Below are positions 13,701 to 30,805 of a stretch of 64,000 nt of DNA, piece after piece. Positions within the stretch are counted from its first letter, which is position 1. Each line of letters opens with the position of its first letter. A model generated the notes under the pieces. The model was given only the letters and a program-made list of their open reading frames with translations. It had not been told where the DNA came from and searched no databases. Source of the stretch: Zygnema circumcarinatum SAG 698-1b (taxonomy: Eukaryota > Plantae > Zygnematophyceae); contig CM074806.1 in NCBI GenBank assembly GCA_037447605.1, forward strand, positions 4,836,001-4,900,000, written 5' to 3'. A program made the translations under genes and the position numbers.

Positions 13701-14289
13701 GAATCCCAAAACCCGTGCCAAAGTTTTCCGTCCCGTGAAGCAGCTCGCCCAGCTTCTGCAGGACGTGCAGAAGCCCCGTCTTGTGCAAGTCTTGGCAAGC
13801 CTTTTCGGGGGACCCCGGGTTGACTTCTCGTGTGCAGAGGCTCTGTTAGGGGCTGCAGAGGATGGCTCGAGGGAGCAGCGAGTCGTCACTCCAATTGATT
13901 TGAAAGCGGAGGTGCGTTTGGCGGAGGGCATAATGGAGCTCATGCCGAGCAACACTGCGGCTGCATGGCGGATTGCCGAGCAAATGGAGCGTCGGAAATT
14001 TCCTTCAAAGGCGGCTGCCATGGCGTGCTTGTGGTGGACCACAAGCCTTCTTGTGGGAACGTTGGTAGAGGCAGAGAAGGCGAAAAGGATCGATGGCTTG
14101 GAGGGTGTGTGGCTGAGTGCAGGCTTGCGGCTTGAGCAGCAGTTACAACTGCCTAAAGCAGCGCTGCAGCTCTATTCGTTGGCTGCAAAGTTGTATCCAC
14201 AAAGTCTCGCGCTCAAGGATCGACTCAGCACTCTCCAGCAGAGAACCAAAGATGTGGATGCGACACTGGTTGAGGAGAGGACAACTTAA
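4733..14289 (+). CDS. ZFC3H1: ZFC3H1/Red1-like zinc finger C3H1 protein (nuclear exosome adaptor, PAXT/MTREC-like), ~7 exons
   Basis: N-terminal REEGELS motif, long disordered and coiled-coil region, zf-C3H1 signature HSPLACLRSFRLS...IDPHKILCKFEHRGRCNDKKCPWQH, then helical repeats (ALRVLVRALEANRRSATLWSVYL). Approximate exons 4733-5129, 5416-5489, 6074-7753, 8098-11537, 11670-11777, ~12177-12306, 12442-14289. Confidence 0.85.
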
Positions 14290-15863
14290 GCGTGGATGGC
14301 AATTATGTTGTGGAATGTGACATGTGGAGGCTTTCTGCAACAATGACAACTCGAAGGACAGAATAAAAAAGTTGGTTCTAACTGCAGGTGCAACTAAACT
14401 TTCTCGGCAACCTCCTTTTCTGCTTGAGATGCGAGCTTTCCTGGGTCGAGGAGGTTGCGAGTGTAAGGCCTCACAGTCTATCATCGTTTTTCGATCTTTC
14501 TGCTTTTCATTAACCCTCCTGCTTCTACCATTGCCGCACCTCTTGGCGAAGTCTCGCTCTCCTTGGCCAACTTCCTCTTTCCTCGTTTTGCTTGGCAATA
14601 TTTCTCATAGCGCCTGCATTAGTGGTAGAACCTTAGCTGATGTCATTAGAGGCAGTGCTGGTTAAAATATTTGGGGAAGGCATAAGGTGACCCTTAGAGC
14701 GACCGGGGTGACCTTCATGTGTTTGACACGGCTGACCTGTTCCGTCTTCCCTCACTGGAAGAGGCCTATGTTGATGTGTTGCAGGTTTATGCATGTGCAG
14801 GGGGGGATGGTAAGCCTCCCTGCTCGTTCATTGCAGATTTAAGATAGAAAATTGTCATATGTGGAATCAATGCCCAGCAGGCAGTCACTCTATACAGAGG
14901 GCAGATCTTGCTGCCGGCCGAGGAGGCTGTCTCGCCCTTGGGAGGTAGCAGGCTGCCTTACGCGTTCCGTTCCGTTCCGTGTCTCAGTCGCACTTATGTG
15001 GCGGCGGATGCATGTGCAGGGCAGTGGCGTGGGGAGGAGGCCGGGCCCCCTCTGGGATGCCTGGGGCTATGCGCTCTGCGGTACTCTAGTCAATCAGCAG
15101 TCCCCTCCAGGATTTTGTTGGGGTGTGGGGGGGGGGGGTGGTGGGGTTGGGTGGGGTGGAAGAGAGAGAGAGACGGGAGAAGGTATAAACGGGGGGGGGG
15201 GTACTGAGGGACTACCAATCTTCTTTCAGGCCCATGGCGGCATACTTGTTATTTTTTGTGAATAATACGAGGAAAAAACAATTAGAATTTGTCATTGTCA
15301 ATGTGGCGTGCACGTGCCTACATGGTGTGCATGGTTTCCCTATGTCCCGATGAAACAACAGGTCACACGGAACCCTTTATGATTATTATTATTCTCTTAA
15401 GATTGTCTTACTTGCTGGAATTCCTTTTAAACTAGTGCTTTCAGTTGACATTGTCGCCAATCTTCAACTTCTTATTCTTCAAATCGTGTCTTTTTGTGTT
15501 ATCATGATGTTGACCAACCGCTTCCACAAACAAGCCGCCATTTTGCTCAGATCAAACCCCCCTTTTTTCTTTGAAAATAATCAATATATATATATACAGA
15601 CGGTGTTTCACGCATTGCGTTTCCTGCTGCGCACTGGAAAATTTTTCCATTTGTTGCCACCGTCCAATGTAGAAATTCTGCCACATCGCACTACGAGGGC
15701 CAAAAGCAATACCACAAACTTTTCCAAATTTTGACTTCAGAAATGAGCGCATTGCTGCAACCCCACCCCACCCCCCCACCCAATCCCCTTCGTGCTATTA
15801 TCTATCCTCCGCCGCGTCCTGTCCCACCCCTCTTCTCTTTCCGGACTGCGGAGTCGGTCTCGG

Positions 15864-20358
<4,495 letters not shown>

Positions 20359-20493
20359 GGCTGCTGCACCACTGTCCTCCGCACGCTGAGGTAGCCGGAG
20401 AGAGTGAGAGAGCGAGAGAAAGCGAGAGAGAGAGAGAGGCGCGTCTAGGGTTGCGGGGCGGCCGCGTCTCCATGCGACGGCCAGTTGAGGGGC

Positions 20494-20650
20494 TGACGTG
20501 GCCACGAGGTTCAATGCCACGTGGCGAGACCACCGACGTCAACGAGAAACGGCCTAAACATGGAAACCGTCACGTCACACGCGTGGAGCAGATTGGCTAG
20601 GGCCACTACGCGACAGGTGTCATGCTCGCTGACGGAGGATGACGTCACCT
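20494..20650. promoter_or_regulatory. G-box/ACGT element cluster upstream of SHMT
   Basis: TGACGTGGC at 20494, perfect GCCACGTGGC at 20516-20525, GACGTC, CACGTC, TGACGTCA at 20640 and an ATTGG (CCAAT) box. Confidence 0.5.
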
Positions 20651-21266
20651 CACCTCGTGGATGTATCGTATTGGCAAGATGTCGGTACTGTTATATCTGT
20701 ATCGTATCAGAAATATCGGTACCGGTTTTGTATCGCCCCTTGACCTCTTACCTGACGGGGCACTTCGGGAGGGTTTAAAAGTAGTGTCTCAATGGGGAAA
20801 AAAAAATTGTTCTTGTGACAATTGAGGTTTAAAAATGTTATGATGTCTGCAGTCGACAGGCTTCAGGTGTAAAAATTAATATTTAAATATCTCGGCACTC
20901 GCGAAGTTGGGAGCATTTCCAGGGTCAGAAAGATACCTCGACTCAAAAAGGGAGATAACCTGTGTTAAGAAAGTAAACGAACAGAGCATCCCAAATGTTG
21001 GCCAGGTAGATTAGAAATTGGGATAATTATTTTTGAAACCTTTTCTTTGACATTCCTGAACAATCATTTACAGTACCAGGCTGTGCAATAACATACAATA
21101 GAAGGGTTGATGGTGTTCGCACCAAAAGCCCCTCCAAGATGGATGGCTACACTCGCTGACCAACCACAGACAAAGGCAGCCATTTCCCCCACCCCACAGT
21201 TCTCGCAAAAGCAACCTTCAAGCAACTTTATTTACACCCATAACTTAAGCGTCTGCCGGCAGCAGT

Positions 21267-23406
21267 TCACGGGTCATCATCATCCTCCTCCTGCTGCAGG
21301 CGGCGGTAGCGGCGGCGCACCCAGGGGGCCAGCTCGACGTTGTGCGGGTCGCGGGGGTGCAGGCGGTAGTGGTCCGACCAATGGCAGGCGAGCGGGCCCG
21401 CCAGGAGCCCTCCTCCGCCCTCCGCGGTGGAGTCGTACAGCAGGAGGGGCAGCCGCTCCGCTCCCCCGCCCCCTCTCCGCTGCCGCTCGCGAGGGTACGC
21501 CAGCGGGGCCTGAATGTACCTGGACCCCATGCGGGCCAAGGGAGGGAGGGAGGGAGGGGAAATAAGGCGCCCCTCAGATGCAGCAGGCAGGCAGGCAGGC
21601 GCCAACCCTACGAGCGCAGTTGAGAAGCAGGGCGAAGGGGCGCAGGGGGGCTTCACCTGACCCCCTGAAGGGTGGCATCCCAGGCGAAGTGCGTGTGGCC
21701 GAACACGTGGCACGCTGTCGGGCCGCCACTCGGGCCATGGAGGGCCCGCACACGGGCCTCCAGCCAATCCGAGCCCACAATTTTAGGCAGGTTGGGATAG
21801 AAGAGCATCCTCTTCTCAGGGCACAGCTCGTATCTGCACATCGTCAAATGTGCCACTGGAGGTTAACAAACAAAGGATGTTCAGTACCCAAACATGTAAT
21901 GCAAGGAAGGAGCCCACCGCCTGCCTCACGCGGGGTTGGACCTCTTCTTACCTGGGCAAGAAATGGGAGAACGAAATGATTTGGGAGGCACCGTGTGACA
22001 TTGGGCCAAAGCTATCAAAGAACGGCTCATTCATCTCGTCGAAGTATCGTGCCAGAGACTCGTCCACATTAGACAGAGGAGACGGCCATTTACATACTCG
22101 ATAATCCATGCACACCTGCGGACGTAGCAAAAAATGAAGGAAGTTGTCAAGCATTAGACCTTAATACTGTCAACAAGAAACATGAGCCCGCAAGTTCGAG
22201 CGACCAATCACTTCAGAACTGACCTGAAAAAAAGGATGTGCTGTAGTACCTCCAACTTCCATAGCAGACAGAGAGGTCCGCCGCACAAACCTTGTTCAAG
22301 GGAGGAATTCGGACTCCCTCGATGTCCCGCTCGCGGTCAAAGCTCTGCATGCAAGCGGCACAGCAGGGTGAAGGGGCTGAACAGGTCCAGAAAGAGCGAG
22401 CGCGAAGGGAGGGTGGGGGGGCAGAGAGGGAGAGAAGGGCGAGGGGGGGAGAGAAGGGCGAGGAGAAGGGACAGTTCGCCACTCACCTGATGATGCCAGG
22501 AAAAGATGGGGACAATGAAGACGTCCCCCACTCTCCGTGGCGTGACATCGACGCCCATCCTAATGCAGAGCTGAAGTAAAGCCGTCAGCTTCTCGCAGGA
22601 GTCGGGCGGGTCGTCGCTTCTGCGGCACCATAGGTCGTGGTTGCCGGGGACGAAGAACACATTGGCAAATCTCTGCTTCAAGAGCTTCATAGTTATCTCA
22701 AATGTCTGCAGCGACATCATAAACGCAACTCTAGTTGCATGAGATGAAGCTCTTCATTAGATGTGCACAAAAAAGTTAAAACGGTCTATAAGACAAAATT
22801 CAACCCTAAGAACCCTGCAAAAGTGCCATGCTGCTATTGCCTCTCAATGTCTCTCAGTTGACGCGTGGTGAAACACTGCGTATGTGCAACAGGCTTACAT
22901 GCAACTCCCATGCCCTAGACAAATTTACACGAGGCCTGCAATGACTGCACAAGTACATGAGCTACGACATGTGAGGAGGGGACACAAATCTCGTCGCTGA
23001 TCCAATCTTCCCGCAGAGAGCATCCGGGGCTGAAGCAGCCTCAGCGAGCACGCACCTGCAGGCAGTCGGCGACGTCCCCCGCCACGACGAGCGTGTCCTC
23101 TGCGCAGGGCGCCGCCATGGCCAGGGCCTGCAGCCACGCCATGTTCTCCGCGCAGTCGGCATGCAGGTCCGAGAGCGCGTACACGCGCACCGCGCCGGCC
23201 TCTCGCGGGGGGACCTCCGGCAGCAGCCTCCTCCCCGGCGGGGCGCCATCCCCTCCCCGCGCCGCTGCCCGCACGAGCCGCGAGGCGCCGCCATGGCGCG
23301 CCGGGGAGCGAGGCGGGAGGCGCCCGCTGCGAGCTGCCACGTGGCACCCCGCTGGAGGGAGGCGGGCGCCACGTGGCAGCTGCGGAGGTGCCGAGCAGGC
23401 CGCCAT
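21267..23406 (-). CDS. Calcineurin-like metallophosphoesterase (PptH/MPP superfamily)
   Basis: Canonical MPP motifs across exons: YALSDLHAD, VVAGDVAD, FFVPGNHDLW, IISFSHFLPR, HVFGHTHF and YIQAPLAYPRER. The start ATG at 23406 is tentative. Confidence 0.88.
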
Positions 23407-24597
23407 CGGAGAGGGCAGCCTCGACCCGCCTGGGCACCAGCGGATCCACTGCGCTCTCCACTTTCGGATCCACCAGAGAGATCCATGGTGGATCGGCGTC
23501 ATATCCGGCGGGGCGGGCGGGATCCCCTGTAAGGACCGGCGGGCGGAGCCCAGCGGGCGATTGATCCGACGGCCGCCCCGCTGGCGCCGACCGTCGGATC
23601 AGATCCGATAGCGGCCCTGAACCCGCGCCGCTGCCCGGGGAAGCCGCCGCCCTGCCCGCCCGCCCTCCCGCCCGCCCCAGACCGGTCCGTCGTTTTGCGG
23701 GCGCGCGGCCAATCGCAGTCGGCGGCGCCGCGCCGTATTTTTGGCCTTAAAGAAAGTCGCGGCAGGCGAGCCTTGATCCCTCGGCGACGTTTTGCGGGGG
23801 CACGAATTCGGTTGAACTCGGGGATTGCTAATTTTTTTTTCGCGCAGGCGCGCTGCAATGGCGGGCCGCCGCGTGCGGGCGGCGGAGCGGATCGGCCGCC
23901 CGGAGCCGCCCGGGCGGGCCCGCCATTGGCCCCGGCCTTTGCGGGCGGCCAACGGCTGGCCGTTGGCAGCGTCCGCATCCACGGGGATCTGCCGCCCGCC
24001 CGGGCCTGTGTACGAAAGTGTACGAAACCATACGGCGCATGCATGAATTAGTACGGTCGTAGCGAAACGGATATGAGGGTCGTACATATTTGTCGGCATT
24101 ACTGTAGCCACGATCGGCGTGCGAAGCCGTACGGAGAGAACAGCTGGTGGCCACGTGGCGGCGGTCAAGCGGCGGCGCGAGGGCGCAGGGGGGGGCCTTA
24201 AAGAGCGCGCCGGGAAACGATGACATGACGTCACCGGCAGGTGCCAGCGGGCCGGGTGACGTCAGGGGAGGCCGGCGCGGTGCGGTCGTTGGCGCCTTTA
24301 CGGCCGGCACGGCGCCGCGCTGGCTCGCCGGAGGGACGGAGGGAGGGAGGGACGGAGGGAGGGAGGCCAGGCAGAGGGGCGGGGAGGAAGGGAGAGGGAG
24401 AGCGAGGGAGAGGGAGAGGGAGAGGGAGGGACGGGGCAGGTCGGCCAGAGGGACAGCGACGCAGTGAACGAAGCAGGAAGAGGGAGGAGTGAAGACCGGA
24501 AGGCAGAGGTTTTGGCAGACGGCCGACGTGAAGCTAGTAGGGGAGGGCCCTGATCGCCGGGGGGAAAGGGGAGGGAGGGAGGGAGGGACGGGGCGCC

Positions 24598-25606
24598 ATG
24601 GCGGAGAGGGAAGAGTGGCTATCGTACCTCCAGCAGAGCCCCAGCCCCATGGCGACGCCTGAGAGCGCGGCGGCCGCTCGGCGCGTCTTGCGGCGGCGGT
24701 CGTGGGCGTGCCCCGTGCCGCTGGAGAGGGCAGCGGGCAGCGGCGAGGCGGGGGAGGGCGCGTGGCGGGGCGGCGGCGAGGGCGAGGGCGAGGCCGCGCG
24801 CAGGGACGAGGGCGAGGGCGAGGGCGAGGGCGCGCGGGCGTGGGCGGACCCGCGCGCGGACGCGGGGGGCTACTTCGCGGCGGCGGCCGCCATGGACGAC
24901 GAGCTGGAGGAGATCCACAAGCGCTCGCACGCGCCCGCCTCGCACGGCCACGTCCACGGCATGCGCCTCGCCAGCCGCGCGCGCCGCGTCTCCTGCGACA
25001 CCTACGACTACGACGAGCTCGAGGCGGCGCGCATGCGGTACGCGCCTCCCGCCGCTCCTTGCTCTCCTCGGAGGGCATGAGAGCGCTTCCTCCTCGTGCA
25101 GGGTGAAGCTCTGCTCAGGATCTTGCCGAGGAAGGCGCTCTTGGATTCCCCTTTGCACCGCTTCTGGTTTTCTCAGAGATTGGACCCCTTTATATCTCTC
25201 CCGCTGCGATTCAGCGTGAGAGGATGAATTGCTCAGGGACAGGAGCTGGAGTCGGGACTGGCGTTGCAATTGATGTCTGCATGCAACGCTCGTCTCCAAA
25301 GCGTGTGGTGGTTCGAGCCGGAATGAGTGGAGTTGTGAGTTGTGGCGGGGAAGGCGACGGCTGCCTGCCGGATTAGACCCCTGGGGAAACGAGATGGTTT
25401 CGCCGCAATCTGACGTTTTCCTGTGGTCTGTCGGAGCTTGCAGGATCAAGCAGGCGGCATGGGAGGTGGTGGACGCGCAGCAGAAGGTAGACATTGTGAA
25501 GATCAAGCCCACGCGGCAGCAGGAGACGGTGAAGAAGAAGGGCCTCTTTAAAAAGTGGCTGACGGCGCCATTGACATGGCGGCCCGTTGCCGCCAGCCGA
25601 GGATGA
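24598..25606 (+). CDS. Hypothetical ~200-aa protein, two exons
   Basis: gccATGGCG start. Exon 24598-25037 (CG|GTA) joins exon 25444-25606 (CAG|G) in frame. GC3-rich codon usage. No recognisable domain. Confidence 0.65.
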
Positions 25607-26906
25607 GCCCGCGGTCGATCTCCGTCGACGCAACACCGCTGGAAGGAGGCTCAGGCTGAGGCACCTTCTTAGAGGGGCGTGGAGATTTGGGGGGGTGTAC
25701 AGGCTGGGCTGGGCAGGCTGTCGAGGATGGTTCCCTCTTCCAAAATGTAGGAGATTGCGGCGGAGTGGGAGGTCTGTATCCGCCGTCGTGCGAGCAGGAA
25801 GAAATGGAAGGGGCGGGTGAAGAGGGCATCTCGACAGGCAGGCCCGTGTGGAGTATGGGGGGGGTGGGGGGAGCAATGCTTCGCAGCAGCAGTTCTTTAA
25901 GGCACATGGAACTAAGTTTTAGTTGCGTTAAGCGCGCAGGCTGAGCTGCCAGGGATATGCATAGTTAAGGAAAGTGTCACTGTAGGATTAAGACAGATCA
26001 GAGATGATTCAACGCCGCACCTCTTGAGGTCACCTCGCCTGTTCTCTCTCGGGGCACATTGCGGCACGTTGGTGGAAGGAAAAGGGCTGCAGCTGGCAGG
26101 GGCTAGTCGTGGGAAGTACGGGACATCCCAGAAAACTCTCAGATATCGCATCGGTTTTATCAAAAGAGAGTTTCACTGAAGAATGCCTTGGAACAGCATG
26201 CGCTGGTTGCCATGGCAAACAAGACAATGAGGATGAGGGTGAGGGTGAATGAGAGCCTTTGCCGGCTACGGTCACATGAGAAGGAGATGCCCAGAGATCT
26301 CATGTATTTTTGGCTGTGTCGGAGACCCCGTGGATGAGAGAAATGATGAATGTTTGGTGTGCGTAGAGCAGACTGCTGGCGAGGGGCTGAAGCCTGCGGA
26401 CGAGCAGGCTGTCTGTCTGCACGCGAGTGAGTTGCAAGTCTGCTGAGCGCAGACCCTGTGATTAGGCGTCGCTAGCGGGAAGGAAGGCAGGTGAAAGAGG
26501 GCACTTGATGCTGTTCACAGCACTTGTCATATTCTTTTGGCCACTCGTTCTGAACGGTCGGCATTTGGGCAAACGGACAGTTCTGGTGGGTCATGTCATG
26601 GGCATGTGGTGATGCTGCTGCATGGTGATGCTGTGCCTCGTGTTCCTCGCGACTCGGCTGCTTCTTCGTTGGACAAACAAGCGCAGGACAGGCTCCAGGA
26701 GTGGCAGGCATGGGCTGCCCTTGGAGGGGGCGGCAGAACCCTGCCGGCGTCCTCCCTCGCGCTCGATGTGAAGATTCGTAGCCCTGCGCAGTGGAGAGGC
26801 GGCTGGGTCTGCCTCCCTGGCAGGCATGCGGCGGCGTATGCTGAGTCGACAGTGAGGGGAAGGCATGCGCGGCATAACAACAGTCAGCTTCAGGAGAGGT
26901 CCACCG

Positions 26907-26972
26907 GAACTGAGATTGAACGGCGAACTGAGATTGAACGGTGGACTGAGATTGAACGGTGAATTGAGATTG
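26907..26972. repeat. 18-bp minisatellite (GAACTGAGATTGAACGGY) x ~3.7
   Basis: Head-to-tail units visible at 26907, 26925, 26943 and 26961. Confidence 0.92.
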
Positions 26973-27743
26973 TAGTCAATGAACAGAGAGCTAAGGATAG
27001 CTGGAGCTGGTTCTCGTTCAACTCGCATGCAAATGCTGCGATTTGTAATAGTACGAGGTTGAAATCCAAAAGAAGGGACTTCTTACATGCAGTGTACATA
27101 TGTTACTTTTTTCCATCATCTTCGTCATCATTATGCTGTCTGCTTGTGCCATTATGATCTTTGTCACCACAACAGCGGATAAGGCTGGCATCCAGATGTA
27201 ACCATCACTGAGTAACCATCCGTCCATTGAAAAGGTATGAGGGAATGTACCTCAGAGATTGGCAGGCAATTTGCCGCAACCATTTCATGAATAAAAACAA
27301 TGGATAAAATCTGCAGAACGTGACAGGCGAAGCGACCAGCTTGTCGCTCTCGTTGCCTATCCACAGTGGGTTAATGCCGAGAGCTAGCCATCTGACAAGC
27401 TGCGGGTGGGTAGCCGGCCCATTTCCTATACAGCTGACTTCTTCCATTCAACGAATTGAATCAACTCGAAAGAATAACTAAGGAAATGTTTATTGTGGTA
27501 TGCTATGGGACCATCAATACCCGCTTTGTAGGCGCGTGCACATGCCGATTACAACTTTTCCATAGATGGTAACGCATTTGTTCTCTGCCATCTGGAGCAG
27601 AGAATAAGGGCGCACTTATTTCCTCCCTGTACAGAGTTCACTCTGGACAGCTACCAAGGTGGTGGTAGGGGAGAAAGCCGCACCACGTCTACCACCCATG
27701 AGCCTTGCTGCACCGCAGAGTGCGCATTCGACTGAGATCGCAA

Positions 27744-30694
27744 TCAGCCCCTTACATGCCTGAGGAGCACTCCTTCGCCTCCGATAGCAACTTCGAAGCT
27801 CACGCACCCAATCCTCCGGAGCTGCTCCTGCAACTCCGTAACCTCCTCAGCGCTCACATCTTGGTTACTGTCAAGGTCCACCTTGGAGGATAGAAGGAAA
27901 AGGGCAAGGCACATTCATGGATCCACACAAGTTTCCATGCAACGGCCAGCATTGGACTTAACATCCACATCCATGATTCTCCAACCTATTGCAATAATCA
28001 ATTCCCATCAATTTCACCCTCAGTCAACTCGATCCTTCCACTTCACCAAAAGGTCGACCATAAACAACCAAAGGATTTGCGAGACAATGGCCTAGACGCT
28101 TTGAAAAAGACATGAAGAATTCATGATAAGGAAGGTGAGGATACGTGCCGGCAGAAGCGTCAACACACAGCCTCCTCCCCCTGCACCTGTAAGCTTTGAT
28201 TGGAGGCTGTGCTCGGCTGTAATGCTGCAGATTGCAGACAGGGCAGGATGCCCAACACCTAAAGCGTCCAGCAAACCTTGATTCATCTGTACAAGCTCTG
28301 CCAGCCTTCGTTCAACCTCCTCCGGCTGCGGACCAGTTCCAGTCCCACACCTCTCTGTTGATAAAGATTGTTCCCTTTCTGCCGCGAGAGTCTTCTCCTT
28401 TCCTGCAGGCTCTGCTATTGATGTCTTTCGTAGTAGATGCTCCTCGTCCTCTATTTTTTCCTCTCCCAATCTCGGCAAACTAGAATGAACCGTGTTCCCT
28501 CCGTTTGGATCATCCACTGTTCTGCCAAGACAGCTTCGCTTCTCACTTTCACGCATAGCAGATTCCTTTCCTGCTGCAAATTCTACAGAAGCCCCATCAG
28601 CTGTTCTCTGCGAAACCTCCATATGGCTAAATATTCTTCCATTAGCATCCTCACCATGTCCAGCAACACCAGTTTCCTCGGCGCCCTGCGCAGGACATAA
28701 AGGAACAGATGCTCCATTACACACGGCTGGGTCTTGCTGCGTGAGATTCCCAGCTTCGGCAGGTGCGATCTCTGGAACAGGGCCTTCCTCCGCTTCAGGG
28801 TTCTGTTGCAGGAGGCAAACAGCCTCAGAGGAGATCTCGTTTATTGCGGCAAAAGCTGCTGCCATTGCAGCTGGATGTTTCATTGCCCTCTCGCGCACTG
28901 CCTGAACAAGCGCGCGTGTATTTCGAGGCACTTGGCTGTTGGTTAGGAGCACTCGCAGGGGCTGTGCGCGGAGGCGAGTCATGGCGCCCCGCTGGAAACG
29001 TAGCATGCGCCCTGAACCCTTCTTACCCCATTGCTGGGGAGTGAGCAGAGTGGTTTCGCAGACAAAATGTTGACTTTCTACATCAGAGTTGTAGCCTCGC
29101 CACTGGCCACCCACGCCACGATGACGTGATTGAAGTTTGGCTGATTGAAGGCCTCTAGGTTTACTACGGGAAAGATAGTGTTAGGATGGCCAATGCCATC
29201 CCAGTAGCAAGAATAAGAAAAAATAAATAAATAAATAGAAAAATTGGCTTACTCAAAAATCGAGATTTCTTTGACCCTTCCATCTTTGTGAACAAAAAAA
29301 ACGTATATTTTTCACGCCGTTAGAATCGACAAGCATAAAAAAGTGACTTATGGCTGATGTAATGTACCATATGTGCTGACACTGTTATCGACACCGGAGG
29401 GCTGTCCGTGTAGAATCCTCTCTCCCTCATAAGCCCACGAGTTGATAAGAGCGAGCTCGTCTTCCGCCGGTTTCATCCAGCCACTCGCGCTCTCTGTGTG
29501 CTCCCCGACACAGCTTTGAAAAGTTTCACTTTGAAAATCTTCTTCTTGGCTCGCCCTGCTGTGGTCATATACTTCATCTATACAATTCTTTCCAGCATTT
29601 CCACCCCCCGGCCGGGCCCCTACGCTTTTCCCTGTGGCTGCAAGTAATGCAGCTGAAATAGCGACACAAAAAGCAGCAGACGAGCCAAGGCCCGCCCCAA
29701 CAGGAAGCTCCGTGGTCACTGTGACGTTTGCTGGAGAGTTTCTGCAAGGGAAGCAGGGCTCAGAGCAGCTCCTTAGACTCACTAAGTTGAAACTAAAAAT
29801 AAATCCTGCACTTGACCTGAAATCCAAAATGTCCCTCTGGGCTGCGGTAAGACCCCAATACAGCTTGATTAAAAAGCTCTAGACGCGGAGATAAGAGAAG
29901 AATAAGCTACGTCAGGTCGCCGCAACTCACGTGAGCAGGCGGCTGTAAAGGAAAAGAAAAGCCGTGACGCCTGCACCCAAGGAGGGCATGCATGAAGATG
30001 CCAGTTGGCACTCCGCCAACGAGCGCAATGCAGTGAGAAGCTTGTCTGAGCAAGGTCGGACTCCGTGTGCGCTCCCAATTAGTGATGTTTCTCCTTCCTC
30101 CCGCAATGCTGTGTGCAGTTCAGAGAGTGGCCATTGACAGTGGACGCCGAGAGAGGCAATGTCGAGCGATACACATTCATCTCTCCTCTCTGCACAAAAG
30201 CTATTCCAACATGCTCAGGACCTGCTCGCATAAGAGAGGGCAGGAAGACGGAAGAGCATGAAAAAGGCCTCAGGTTAAGGCACCAAATCTAGGATTCAAA
30301 AGATCTAAGCCTTCATGTCATGAAGTCGCCATGCTTCCTTAACAGCCTCGCTACGATAATCGACATAGAGGATGACGGATGCACGAGCATTCACTGCGCA
30401 CTGCGTTACGCAAATTAACGCAACTGGTTTGTCAAGGCACCCTTATCTAGTAATTGTGACCCCCTTCTCTTCATTTTAAGGTTTTTCTGCCATCGAATGC
30501 ATGTGCGGTCGACGGCTCGCACCTGCCCCTTCGCTCGTTCGACCGCGCAGCTGCACGCAGGCGGTGGTGCGGAGGTCGACGCTGGCGGCGAGAGCGGCGC
30601 TCCCGTGCACGACGGCGTGCTCGCCGAAGAGGATCACCTTTCCCGGCGCGGAAGCCTCCCACCCTCCGCCCCCGCCCGCCATGGCCATGGCCAT
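27744..30694 (-). CDS. MVK: Mevalonate kinase (GHMP family), 5 exons
   Basis: [74 protein letters not shown] and a last exon ending ...[17 protein letters not shown]. Confidence 0.95.
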
Positions 30695-30805
30695 GGCTGC
30701 CGTCCGAGGGAGGGAGGGAGGGAAAGACGGGGCCTTTCCTTTTCCCGCCCTCTGCAGCACCGCACCGCGCCGTACTGCTTGGACCGTACACAGCGCTAAA
30801 AATAG

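Noticed and set aside
23499-25512. Long overlapping ORFs (416, 297, 211 and 181 aa)
   Set aside because: Arg/Pro/Gly-rich translations from very GC-rich promoter DNA or the antisense strand of a real exon, with no domain signatures.
26537-27028. 141-aa and 145-aa ORFs downstream of the orphan gene
   Set aside because: No ATG start or splice link to neighbouring exons could be supported. Probably 3' UTR or intergenic.
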